The notes: a model not told the origin generated them from the letters alone. DNA of 64,000 nt from Rhodothermales bacterium (GCA_965215165.1 CBDCCX010000006.1:2350959-2414958), one strand, 5' to 3'; positions 37,505 to 48,249 are shown, counted from the first letter of the stretch. Numbers and translations are program-made.

Positions 37505-38102
37505 GCACACCCTCTCCGAAGACTATTTCGAGCGGCTCTACGCCGAGCGCGACGACCCGTGGGCGTACGAGACGAGTCCCTACGAGGAGGCGAAGTACGA
37601 CGCCACGCTCGGCGCGCTGCCCCGCCCCCGCTACGCCTCAGCCCTCGAGATCGGGTGCTCGATCGGCGTGCTGACCGAGCGCCTCGCCGCGCGGTGCGGC
37701 CGGCTCCTGGCGCTCGACGGAGCCGCCCGCGCCCTGGAGCACGCCCGCGCCCGGTGCCGCGCCCTCGGGCACGTCCGCTTCCAGGAGCGCACCGTCCCGG
37801 CCTCCTTCCCGGACGGCCTCTTCGACCTCGTCCTCCTCTCCGAAGTCGGGTATTACCTCTCCCCGCCCGACCTCAACCGGCTCCGCGAGCGCCTCGTGCA
37901 GCACCTCGGACCGGGTGGGCACCTCGTCCTCGTCCACTGGCTCGCGCCCGTCCCCGGCTGCGCGCTCACCGGCGACGAGGTCCACGCCTCCTTTCTGGCC
38001 GACGCTCGGTTCCGCCCGCTCGCCGCGCACCGGCAGCCGCAGTACCGGCTCGACGTGCTCGAGGCCGTCTCGCGGCAGGTGGCCGACGGGCAGCGGTCGT
38101 AG
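37497..38102 (+). CDS. Class I SAM-dependent methyltransferase, NodS-like
   Basis: 201 aa. GTG start with an 8-nt overlap (GTGCCTGA). DDPWAYETSPYEEAKY ... ALEIGCSIGVLTERLA matches the NodS-family layout. Confidence 0.8.
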   Translation: MPEHTLSEDYFERLYAERDDPWAYETSPYEEAKYDATLGALPRPRYASALEIGCSIGVLTERLAARCGRLLALDGAARALEHARARCRALGHVRFQERTVPASFPDGLFDLVLLSEVGYYLSPPDLNRLRERLVQHLGPGGHLVLVHWLAPVPGCALTGDEVHASFLADARFRPLAAHRQPQYRLDVLEAVSRQVADGQRS

Positions 38103-38138
38103 CTTGGACCCTCGGCCTGCCTCCTCTCCCCCGCTCGC

Positions 38139-39290
38139 GTGCGTATTTCAGACCTTCGGGGCTTGGCCGGACTGGCGACGCAGGCGGCGGCGGGGGTGAC
38201 GCGCATCGCCGAGGGTGTGCATCAGGCGGTGTGGAGCACGCTCGGGTTTCGCGGCGCGGCCCCCGGACGCGCGCGCGGGCTGACCGGCTTCGTCTACCAG
38301 CGCGTCCACGGCCTGACGCTCTCGACGGGGCGAGGCGTGGACGCCGTCCTGGCCCGGTTGGAGTCGGAAGATGCGCTGCCCGATACGCCCCGGCGCGAGA
38401 CGCTGGTCGCCGTCCTCAACGGCGTGCTGGGCGACCGGCTTGCCGAGGACGACAATCCGCTCGCGCTCCCGATGACGCTGCGCCTCCGAGGTGCCCCGCT
38501 CGACGCCGAGACACCGGTGCCGGAGGCGACGGGCAAGATCGCCGTCCTGATCCACGGCCTGTGCATGAGCGACGGGCACTGGCCGCGCGACGGCTACCAA
38601 GCGGCGCTCACCGCGCTCGGCTACACGCCGGTCTACGTCCGCTACAACTCCGGCCTCCACATCTCGCAGAACGGGCGCGCCCTCGCCGCCCAGCTAGACC
38701 GCCTGGTCGCCGACTGGCCCGTGGCGGTCACCGACCTGACGGTCGTGGCGCACAGCATGGGCGGCCTGCTGGCGCGGAGTGCGCTCCACTACGCCGGGCG
38801 CGAGGCCCAGGGCTGGCCGGCGGCCCTTCGGCACATCGTCTTCCTCGGCACCCCGCACCACGGCGCGCCGCTCGAGCGCGCCGGCAACTGGGTCGATACC
38901 ATCCTCGCCCGCACCGCCTTCACCGCGCCGTTCGCCGCGCTCGGCAAGGTCCGCAGCGCCGGCATCACCGACCTCCGCCACGGCTTCCTCCTCGACGCCG
39001 ACTGGCAGGGCCACGACCGCTTCCGACGACGCCCCGACGCCCGGCACATCGTCCCGCTGCCGGCCGGGGTCGCGTGCTACGCGGTCGCTGCCACCCGCTC
39101 GGCCGACCCCAGGGCGAGGCGGCTGCTCGGCGACGGCCTCGTCCCCTTGCCCAGTGCCCTGGACGACGACCGGCACCGGCTGGGCTTCGCGGCGCAGTGG
39201 ATCGCCTACGGCACGAGCCACTTCGACCTCCTGAGCGACCCCGCCGTGATCGACCAGGTCGCGGAGTGGCTGATGCCAGCGCCTGGCTGA
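38139..39290 (+). CDS. Alpha/beta-fold hydrolase (lipase/esterase-like)
   Basis: 383 aa with a GTG start. VLIHGL, nucleophile elbow VAHSMGG, GTPHHGAPLE. Confidence 0.7.
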   Translation: MRISDLRGLAGLATQAAAGVTRIAEGVHQAVWSTLGFRGAAPGRARGLTGFVYQRVHGLTLSTGRGVDAVLARLESEDALPDTPRRETLVAVLNGVLGDRLAEDDNPLALPMTLRLRGAPLDAETPVPEATGKIAVLIHGLCMSDGHWPRDGYQAALTALGYTPVYVRYNSGLHISQNGRALAAQLDRLVADWPVAVTDLTVVAHSMGGLLARSALHYAGREAQGWPAALRHIVFLGTPHHGAPLERAGNWVDTILARTAFTAPFAALGKVRSAGITDLRHGFLLDADWQGHDRFRRRPDARHIVPLPAGVACYAVAATRSADPRARRLLGDGLVPLPSALDDDRHRLGFAAQWIAYGTSHFDLLSDPAVIDQVAEWLMPAPG

Positions 39291-39347
39291 GGGGGCGCGC
39301 TCCTGTATCTTTCCCGCAGCTCCCCCTTCCCCATCCCCATTCTCGCC

Positions 39348-40859
39348 ATGCCGGTTTTCCGTCTGTCCCTCCTCGCCCTGCTGCTCGTCCTCGCCGCTTC
39401 GGCGATGGCCCAGCCCGCCCAGCCCATCGAGGCCGACGGGCCGTTCGCTGTCGGACGCACCGATGTCGTGTTCGACGACGCCGTCTTCGGCCAGGGCACG
39501 ATTCGGGGGCGCATCTACTACCCGGCGACGGCGGCCGGCGTGGAGACGCGGCCGAACCGGGGTGCCGGGCCGTTCCCGCTCGTCGCCTTCCAGCACGGCT
39601 TCCTCGGCCGGCCGAGCAACTACGACGACCTGTGCGAGCACATCGCGAGCTGGGGCTTCGTCGTCGCCTCGACCGGCACCCAGACCGGGTTCTTCCCGAA
39701 CCAGCAGCAGTACGCCCGCGACACGCGCTCGCTGCTCTACTACGTCGAGGACCAGTCGGACGCCGCCGGGTCGTTCTCCGGCATGGTCGACGACGGGCCG
39801 TGGGCGGCGGCGGGGCACTCGCTCGGCGGCGGCGTGCTGCCGCTGCTGATCGGGATCGAGCCGCGGGTACGGACGATCATCGGGCTGCAGTCGGCGTACG
39901 TGGGCGACGGGCGGATCGACAACCTCGAAGCGTTCACCGGCACGCATGTCCAGGTCGCCGGCTCGGTCGACCGCATCGTGCCCGCGTCCCAGGTCGTGCG
40001 CTACTTCCGGGTCGCCGACGACGCCCGGCGCGACATCTACTTCGAGGTCCAGGGCATGGGCCACAGCGGCCCGACCGACACCGTGCCGACGAACGAACCG
40101 CTCTCCGCCGCGGACCAGAAGCGCCTCCACCGCCGCCTCGTCACGGGCCTCCTGCGCGCCGAAGTAAAAGGCGAGGAAAACCTCTACGCCGAGATTCTGG
40201 GCGCAGGCATCGCCGACGAACCCGTCGAGTTCGAGGCGGTCTGCACCGACCCGCCGCTGTGGGTCCGCCCGAGCGTCAGCGACGCCGCCCTCGTCGTCGG
40301 CACCGCCGGTGAACCTGGGGCCGAGGCCGTCCTGGCGTGGTCCGACGCGCGCGCCGCCCGCCCGTCGCCGTTCGGCCAGGTCGGCATCGCCCTCGCGCCG
40401 GAGCGTGTCCTCTTCCGCGGCTCCGCCAATGCCGACGGCGTCGCCGAAACGCTCCTGCCCCTCGCCGATCTCGGCGCTGCCGACAGCGTCTTCGTCCAGG
40501 GCCTAGCGGTCGGGCGGGTCACGCGCGTCGATGCCCGCAACAACCTCGAGGCCGGAGCCGCGTCGCGCAGTGGCGAAGGGACCGGCACGCGCCTGCTCGG
40601 TGCGTTCCCCAACCCGTTCCGCGACGGCCTCACCGTGGGGTACACCCTCGCGGAGACCGGCTCGGTCGCGCTGACGGTGTACGACGTGCTCGGGCGCGAG
40701 GTGGCGGTGCTCGTAGCCGGCGAGCAGGCTGGCGGGCCGCACGAGGCGCGGTGGGATGGCCGCGACCAAACGGGCCGAGCCACTGCGGCGGGGCTGTATG
40801 TCGTGCGCCTCCGTGCCGGCAGCACGGTGCACGCCGAGACCCTCGTGCGGATACGCTAG
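39348..40859 (+). CDS. Secreted chlorophyllase/cutinase-like serine hydrolase with a T9SS C-terminal sorting domain
   Basis: Signal peptide MPVFRLSLLALLLVLAASAMAQ. PLVAFQHGFLG...HIASWGFVVAS, GHSLGGG, SVDRIVP, GMGHSG (putative Ser-Asp-His triad). The C-terminal ~80 aa (FPNPFRDGLTVGYTL...GLYVVRLRAG...) is a Por/T9SS CTD. Confidence 0.75.
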   Translation: MPVFRLSLLALLLVLAASAMAQPAQPIEADGPFAVGRTDVVFDDAVFGQGTIRGRIYYPATAAGVETRPNRGAGPFPLVAFQHGFLGRPSNYDDLCEHIASWGFVVASTGTQTGFFPNQQQYARDTRSLLYYVEDQSDAAGSFSGMVDDGPWAAAGHSLGGGVLPLLIGIEPRVRTIIGLQSAYVGDGRIDNLEAFTGTHVQVAGSVDRIVPASQVVRYFRVADDARRDIYFEVQGMGHSGPTDTVPTNEPLSAADQKRLHRRLVTGLLRAEVKGEENLYAEILGAGIADEPVEFEAVCTDPPLWVRPSVSDAALVVGTAGEPGAEAVLAWSDARAARPSPFGQVGIALAPERVLFRGSANADGVAETLLPLADLGAADSVFVQGLAVGRVTRVDARNNLEAGAASRSGEGTGTRLLGAFPNPFRDGLTVGYTLAETGSVALTVYDVLGREVAVLVAGEQAGGPHEARWDGRDQTGRATAAGLYVVRLRAGSTVHAETLVRIR

Positions 40860-41018
40860 GCCTTGTTCGGAAACTCGGATGTGGAGGCGAGCGGGAGCCG
40901 GCCGGCGATGCAGCCAGGAGCGCGAAGCAGGCGTAGCGGGGCTACGCCGATGGAGCGCGACGCCGCAGCGTCGTCCGACCGGCCCCGCGCAGCCCGCAGA
41001 AGCGTTTCCGAACAGGCC
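40860..41018. repeat. Intergenic element bracketed by 11-14-bp inverted repeats (GCCTTGTTCGGAAAC / GTTTCCGAACAGGCC)
   Basis: It fills the whole gap between two convergent genes. An internal GCGTAGC-ggg-GCTACGC hairpin is present. Confidence 0.5.
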
Positions 41019-41615
41019 CTAGACGCCCGTCCCCAGGTGGGCTGTGACCTCGCGCGCGAGCGCCTCGACGCGGTTGCGGTCGTCGGCGAGTACGCGGAGC
41101 GGGCCGTCGACGAGGAGCGCAGCGAGGCCGTGGACCACGCTCCACGCCGCGATGGCGAGCGGCACCTGACGCGACGGATCGGGGTTGAGGTCGGCTACGA
41201 CGCGGACGAGGTGGCGGAAGCCGGGCAGGTCGGTCGGCAGCGCCGCCGCGTCCGCGCCGAGCGCAGCGAACGGGTCGCCGATCTCGGGGCGGAAGGCGAC
41301 GCGGAACCGCTCGGGGTGGTCGACGGCGAAGAGGACGTAGGCGACGCCCTGCGCGCGGAGCCGGTCCAGCGGATCGGGGTGCGCGGCGTCGGCGTCGGCG
41401 AGCGCTCGGTCGAGGTGGTCGAGCGCGTCCTCGGCGAGGGCGCAAACGAGATCAGCCTTGCCCTTGAAGTGGTGGTACGGCGCAGTGGGGCTGACGTCGG
41501 CGCGGCGGGCGAGGTCGCGCAGCGAGAGCGCGCCAATGCCGCGCTCGGCGAGGACGGCGTGGGCGTGGTCGAGCAGGGCGCGGCGGAGGTCGCCGTGGTG
41601 GTAGGCGTCAGACAT
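41019..41615 (-). CDS. TetR/AcrR-family transcriptional regulator
   Basis: 198 aa from the ATG at 41615. HTH region: GALSLRDLARRADVSPTAPYHHFKGK. Confidence 0.85.
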   Translation of the reverse strand: MSDAYHHGDLRRALLDHAHAVLAERGIGALSLRDLARRADVSPTAPYHHFKGKADLVCALAEDALDHLDRALADADAAHPDPLDRLRAQGVAYVLFAVDHPERFRVAFRPEIGDPFAALGADAAALPTDLPGFRHLVRVVADLNPDPSRQVPLAIAAWSVVHGLAALLVDGPLRVLADDRNRVEALAREVTAHLGTGV

Positions 41616-41646
41616 TTTTCGCAGATGGCGCAACTTGGCAGCGCTC

Positions 41647-41662
41647 AGATAGTAGTCTATCT
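41647..41662. promoter_or_regulatory. Candidate TetR operator palindrome AGATAG-tagt-CTATCT
   Basis: Perfect 6-bp half-sites in the 84-bp divergent intergenic region between the tetR gene and the small membrane-protein gene. Confidence 0.35.
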
Positions 41663-41699
41663 TAGCACCCGTCAATTCGACCCACTAACCCCCGCGCCC

Positions 41700-41942
41700 A
41701 TGCGCCGTTCTCAGGCTGTGCTCGTCCTCGTCCTTGCGACCCTCGCGACTATCGTGTTTGGCCGTATCGTGTGGGCGACCCTCGCCCCAACCGTCGCGGC
41801 TCTGCCCGCGCTCGTCGGTTCCGTCCCGGCATGGGCGTGGTGGACGGTCTTCGGCGTCGGCATGGGCGTCCTGAAGCTGACCGTCTTCCACCGCTTCGGC
41901 TGGTCCTGCGGCTCGTGCGCGCCGCGTCCCTCCGCCTCGTAG
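41700..41942 (+). CDS. Small two-TM membrane protein
   Basis: 80 aa with an ATG start, divergent from tetR. It has two hydrophobic helices and a C-terminal CGSC. Confidence 0.4.
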   Translation: MRRSQAVLVLVLATLATIVFGRIVWATLAPTVAALPALVGSVPAWAWWTVFGVGMGVLKLTVFHRFGWSCGSCAPRPSAS

Positions 41943-41951
41943 CCTCCGCCT

Positions 41952-42785
41952 TCATGAGGCGAGCAGCGCCCGGTCGAGGACGAGGCGGAGAACCCGGCCG
42001 TACCGGACCGGGAGGAGACGCTGGAGCAGCGCGCCCGAGCGCGACCCGCTTGCCACGAGCAGGCGCGGCGTCCGGCGCTCTACGGCCCGGGCGATGGCCT
42101 CGCCGACGCGCTCAGGCGGCGTGGTGAGGAAGTACTGCTCGAAGGCGGCGCTCCGGTGCCGCTCGGCGTCGGCGTCGGCCGCTGCCGCGACGCGGGCGTT
42201 GCGCGAGATGCCCGTTCGCACGCCGCCAGGGTGCACCGTCGTCACGCCGACCGTCGTCCCGGCCAGCTCGTGGCGAAGCGCTTCGCTGAAGCCGCGCACA
42301 GCGAACTTTGACGCGGCGTAGGCCGCCTGCTCCGGCGGGGCGATGAGCCCGAACAGGCTCGACACGTTGACGAGCTGTGCTGCCGGCGCGCGTTTGAGAT
42401 GCGGGAGAAACGCCTTGGCAAGGCCAACGACGGCGAAGAAGTTGATTTCGAAGAGCCACCGGACTTCGTCCACCGACACGTCCTCGACCCGGCCGAGCAG
42501 CGAGACGCCGGCGCAGTTGACGAGGACAGTCACCCGGCCGTGCGCGGCGAGGACCGTGTCGGGGAGCGCCGCGACGGCTCGGGCGTCGGCCACGTCGAAG
42601 ACGTGCTGCGTGGTGGGCACCCAGGCGCTCGTCTGGCGCGCGGTCTCGGCCAAGCCGTCAGCGTCGCGGTCGGCCAGGGCGAGGGCGCAGCCGCGCCGGG
42701 CGAGGGCGAGCGCCGTGGCCCGGCCGATGCCCGAGGCCGCGCCGGTGACAACGGCAACACCACGTGTGAGGTCGAGACGACGCAT
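41952..42785 (-). CDS. Short-chain dehydrogenase/reductase
   Basis: 277 aa. VVTGAASGIGRA, NCAG, YAASKFAV catalytic motif. Confidence 0.85.
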   Translation of the reverse strand: MRRLDLTRGVAVVTGAASGIGRATALALARRGCALALADRDADGLAETARQTSAWVPTTQHVFDVADARAVAALPDTVLAAHGRVTVLVNCAGVSLLGRVEDVSVDEVRWLFEINFFAVVGLAKAFLPHLKRAPAAQLVNVSSLFGLIAPPEQAAYAASKFAVRGFSEALRHELAGTTVGVTTVHPGGVRTGISRNARVAAAADADAERHRSAAFEQYFLTTPPERVGEAIARAVERRTPRLLVASGSRSGALLQRLLPVRYGRVLRLVLDRALLAS

Positions 42786-42800
42786 GACTGGGCGAGTATG

Positions 42801-43895
42801 CTAGGCGTGGTCGGCGGCGAAGGCACGCCAGCGGTGGGCGAGCCCGACGACGGCGCGCCGCGCGGTGCGGCTGATCCCTGTCATGTGGATGAACCCGTGG
42901 GGCAGCGCGTCCTCCCGGTATGCCTCGACGGGCGTCCCGGCCTCAGCTAGCGCAGCGGCGTAGGCCTCGCCCTCGTCGCGGAGCACGTCGAACCCGGCCG
43001 TGACGACGAGCGCGGGCGCGAGGCCCCCGAGCCGACCGTAGATCGGCGAGACACGGGGGTCGTCGTCGGCCGTGCCGGTGCCGGCGGTCCAGGTGTGGTG
43101 GAACGTGCGACGCTCGGCGTCAGCCAGAAAAAACCCGTCGAAGAGGTGGCGCGAGGGGCGGTCGGTCGGCGTGTCGGTGGCGGGGTAGACGAGGAGTTGG
43201 GCAGCGGGCGGGCGCTCGGAGCCGGCGGCTTGGGCGACGCCGGCGGCGAGGGTACCACCGGCGCTGTCGCCGCCGACGCTCACGCGCGCGTCGTCGGCCC
43301 CAAGGGCGAGGGCATGGCGCTGCGCCCAGCGGAAGGCGGCCAGGGTGTCATTGGGCGAGGCCGGGAACGGGTCCTCGGGCGCGAGCCTGTAGGCGACGCT
43401 GAGAACGGCGTGCCCAGCCTCGCAGCACAGCACGCGCGCCAGGTCGTCGACCGTGTCGAGGTCACCGTACACGAAGCCGCCGCCGTGGAAGTAGACCAGA
43501 AGTGGCGGGCGACCTCCGCCGGGCGGGGTGTAGAGCCGCGCGCCGAGCGGACCGGCTGCTCCCTCGACGGTGAGGTCCCGAACGCCGGCGACAGACGTCA
43601 GCGCCGGGCGCGTCGCCAGAATCTCGCGGCGGAACCGGGCGCGGCCGGCGGCAGGCTGCTCCTGCGTGAGCCGCTCCTGGTCGGGCCGAGGGTTGAGCGC
43701 AAGCGCAGCCTGGAGCGTCGGGTCGAACGTCTGCCCGTCGACCTGAGTCGGCACGCCGCCAGCAAGGACGAGGCGGAGCGCGACCGGGAGGCGGTCCAAG
43801 AGCGCGGCAGCCTGCCCGCGCAGCCGCTCCGTGAGTGTCGGTTCGGTGAGCATCGGCTCGGCGAGCAGAGAGTCCGGGTAGACGGCGTTAGGCAT
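42801..43895 (-). CDS. Alpha/beta hydrolase, hormone-sensitive-lipase-type esterase
   Basis: 364 aa from the ATG at 43895 (8-nt overlap with the upstream monooxygenase). HGGGF oxyanion motif, GDSAGG nucleophile elbow, DVLRDEG, HGF. Confidence 0.8.
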   Translation of the reverse strand: MPNAVYPDSLLAEPMLTEPTLTERLRGQAAALLDRLPVALRLVLAGGVPTQVDGQTFDPTLQAALALNPRPDQERLTQEQPAAGRARFRREILATRPALTSVAGVRDLTVEGAAGPLGARLYTPPGGGRPPLLVYFHGGGFVYGDLDTVDDLARVLCCEAGHAVLSVAYRLAPEDPFPASPNDTLAAFRWAQRHALALGADDARVSVGGDSAGGTLAAGVAQAAGSERPPAAQLLVYPATDTPTDRPSRHLFDGFFLADAERRTFHHTWTAGTGTADDDPRVSPIYGRLGGLAPALVVTAGFDVLRDEGEAYAAALAEAGTPVEAYREDALPHGFIHMTGISRTARRAVVGLAHRWRAFAADHA

Positions 43896-45429
43896 CGACA
43901 GGCTCAGCGCCGGTAGGCGAGGAATTGGCAGGCTCGGGATTAGCCGACTCAGCGGCGGCAGCGCGGAGGTGATACTCGGCGAGGCGGAACGGCTCGACAC
44001 GGCGGCGGAACGACGCCACAGAGCCGGGCCAGAGCGCGGCGTTGCGCCCGGCATCGTCGAGGTACCAACTCGCGCACCCGCCGGCGGTCCACACCGTCCC
44101 CTCGGCGCGGCGGTCGACCTCAGCGAGAAACGCCGCCTGCGCCTCGGCCGTTGGCTCGATCGCCGCCAGTCCGCGCGCCTCCATCGCCCCGAGCGCGGCC
44201 ACGATGTGCTCGGTCTGAGCCTCGACCATCAGCAGCACCGACGAGTGCCCGAGTCCCGTGTTCGGCCCCGAGAGCAGGAAGAAGTTGGGGAAGCCTGCGA
44301 CGGTCGTGCCCAGGTGGGCGGCCGGGCTGGTCCCCCAGACGTCGCTCAGCCGCCGCCCCTCGCGCCCGACGACGCGGCGGCCGAACGGGATTTCGGTGAC
44401 GTAAAACCCTGTGGCGAAGACGATCACGTCGGCGGCGTGCTCGCGCCCGTCCGGCCCGACGACACCGCGCGGCCGGACCTCGCTCGCAGCCCCGTCGACG
44501 ACCGTAACATTGGGCTGGGTGAGGGCCGGGTAGTAATCGTCCGAGAGCAGAACGCGCTTACAGCCGAAAAGGTAGTCCGGCGTAAGCACGCGGCGCAGGT
44601 CGGGGTCGCGGACTTGCCGCCGGAGGTGGAGCCTCGTCACGGCCTCGACGGCGCGGGCGATCAGCGGATGACGGAAGGCGAGCCCGAACGTCTCGCGGTA
44701 GCGGTAGAGCGCGCCGTGCACCAGGCGGTGGAGCCACGGCCACCGCTGGAGCCGGCGGCGCGCGGCCTCGCCAACGGCTCGGTCGCGGCGCGGCATTACC
44801 CACGGAGCCGTCCGCTGGAACAGCGTCAGGTGCGCCACCTGCGGCTGGATCGCCGGGACCACCTGAATCGCCGACGCCCCGGTGCCGATGACGGCGACGC
44901 GCCGGCCGGAGAGGTCGAGGTCCGGGTCCCACTGCGCGGTGTGCATGGCGACGCCCTCGAACTGCTCCAGTCCACGAAGCGGCGGCAGCCGGGGCTCGGC
45001 CAGCGAGCCGGGCGCGGCCACGAGCACGTCCGCCGTCCACGCGCCTTGGCTGGTCTCGATATGCCACCGCGCCGCCGCGTCGTCCCACCGAGCCGCCGTC
45101 ACCTCGTGCCGGAACCGCACGCGCTCGGTCACGCCGAACTGCTCGGCGACACGGCGGAGGTAATCTCGGATCTCGGGTTGGGGCGAGAACCTCCGGCTCC
45201 AGCCGGGGTTGGGCGCGAACGAGAACTCGTAGAGGTGGGAGTGGACATCGCACGCCGCGCCGGGGTAGACGTTGTCGCGCCAGACGCCGCCGACCTCATC
45301 GGAACGCTCGAACACGACCAGGTCCTCGACGCCGTCGACGAGCAACCGGGCCGCAAGGCCGACCCCGGCGAAACCGGTCCCGACGACGGCCAAGCGAGCG
45401 TGGGGAGGCGTGGAGCTAGAGGACGGCAC
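43888..45429 (-). CDS. Flavin-dependent (Baeyer-Villiger-type) monooxygenase
   Basis: VVGTGFAGVG FAD motif, GGVWRDNVYPGAACDV, a second Rossmann motif VIGTGASAIQ. I prefer the start at GTG 45429 (or TTG 45441), because the track start at 45570 lies inside the SRP RNA. Confidence 0.8.
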   Translation of the reverse strand: MPSSSSTPPHARLAVVGTGFAGVGLAARLLVDGVEDLVVFERSDEVGGVWRDNVYPGAACDVHSHLYEFSFAPNPGWSRRFSPQPEIRDYLRRVAEQFGVTERVRFRHEVTAARWDDAAARWHIETSQGAWTADVLVAAPGSLAEPRLPPLRGLEQFEGVAMHTAQWDPDLDLSGRRVAVIGTGASAIQVVPAIQPQVAHLTLFQRTAPWVMPRRDRAVGEAARRRLQRWPWLHRLVHGALYRYRETFGLAFRHPLIARAVEAVTRLHLRRQVRDPDLRRVLTPDYLFGCKRVLLSDDYYPALTQPNVTVVDGAASEVRPRGVVGPDGREHAADVIVFATGFYVTEIPFGRRVVGREGRRLSDVWGTSPAAHLGTTVAGFPNFFLLSGPNTGLGHSSVLLMVEAQTEHIVAALGAMEARGLAAIEPTAEAQAAFLAEVDRRAEGTVWTAGGCASWYLDDAGRNAALWPGSVASFRRRVEPFRLAEYHLRAAAAESANPEPANSSPTGAEPVDA

Positions 45430-45560
45430 GGCGTGCGGCAAAGCGAGTAGAGGTCGCCTTCTATACGCGCGTGCCGTGCGTCGGATCGGCTGACCTCCCA
45501 ACAAAGCGATGCCGTCAGCTCTCGCCGAGCGCCTCCACGCCAGGGGCTTCTGGAAACGAA

Positions 45561-45665
45561 ATAAGGGCAAGCGACCCGCATCGCGCCGCTACGACCTCCT
45601 ACCGCTGCTGCCTTCCGGCCCTGACGGAGTTCAGAGGGAGCTGGCCGTACGGGACTTGCCCTTAT
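45561..45665 (-). ncRNA. ffs: Signal recognition particle RNA (small/4.5S type)
   Basis: The minus strand reads ...CCGUCAGGGCCGGAAGGCAGCAGCGG..., which is the conserved domain IV with a GGAA tetraloop and flanking symmetric-loop residues. The molecule is closed by an 11-bp terminal stem (AUAAGGGCAAG/CUUGCCCUUAU). Confidence 0.8.
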
Positions 45666-45772
45666 GCCGCCGGCAGGCCCACACGCTCGGGCGGCCGGAC
45701 TCCAGTGATGCCAATATACACAGACGCCGTAGGCCGGATCCGCGTCACGCGATTTTCAACGGCTGCGCTGTT

Positions 45773-48211
<2,439 letters not shown>

Positions 48212-48249
48212 GGCGCGGCTTCGGCGGGGCCGGAAGCTACGACGCGCCC

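Noticed and set aside
43888-45570. The track's TTG start at 45570 for the monooxygenase (560 aa).
   Set aside because: That start and the first ~45 codons lie within or next to the SRP RNA gene, and the conserved FAD motif begins only after the GTG at 45429.
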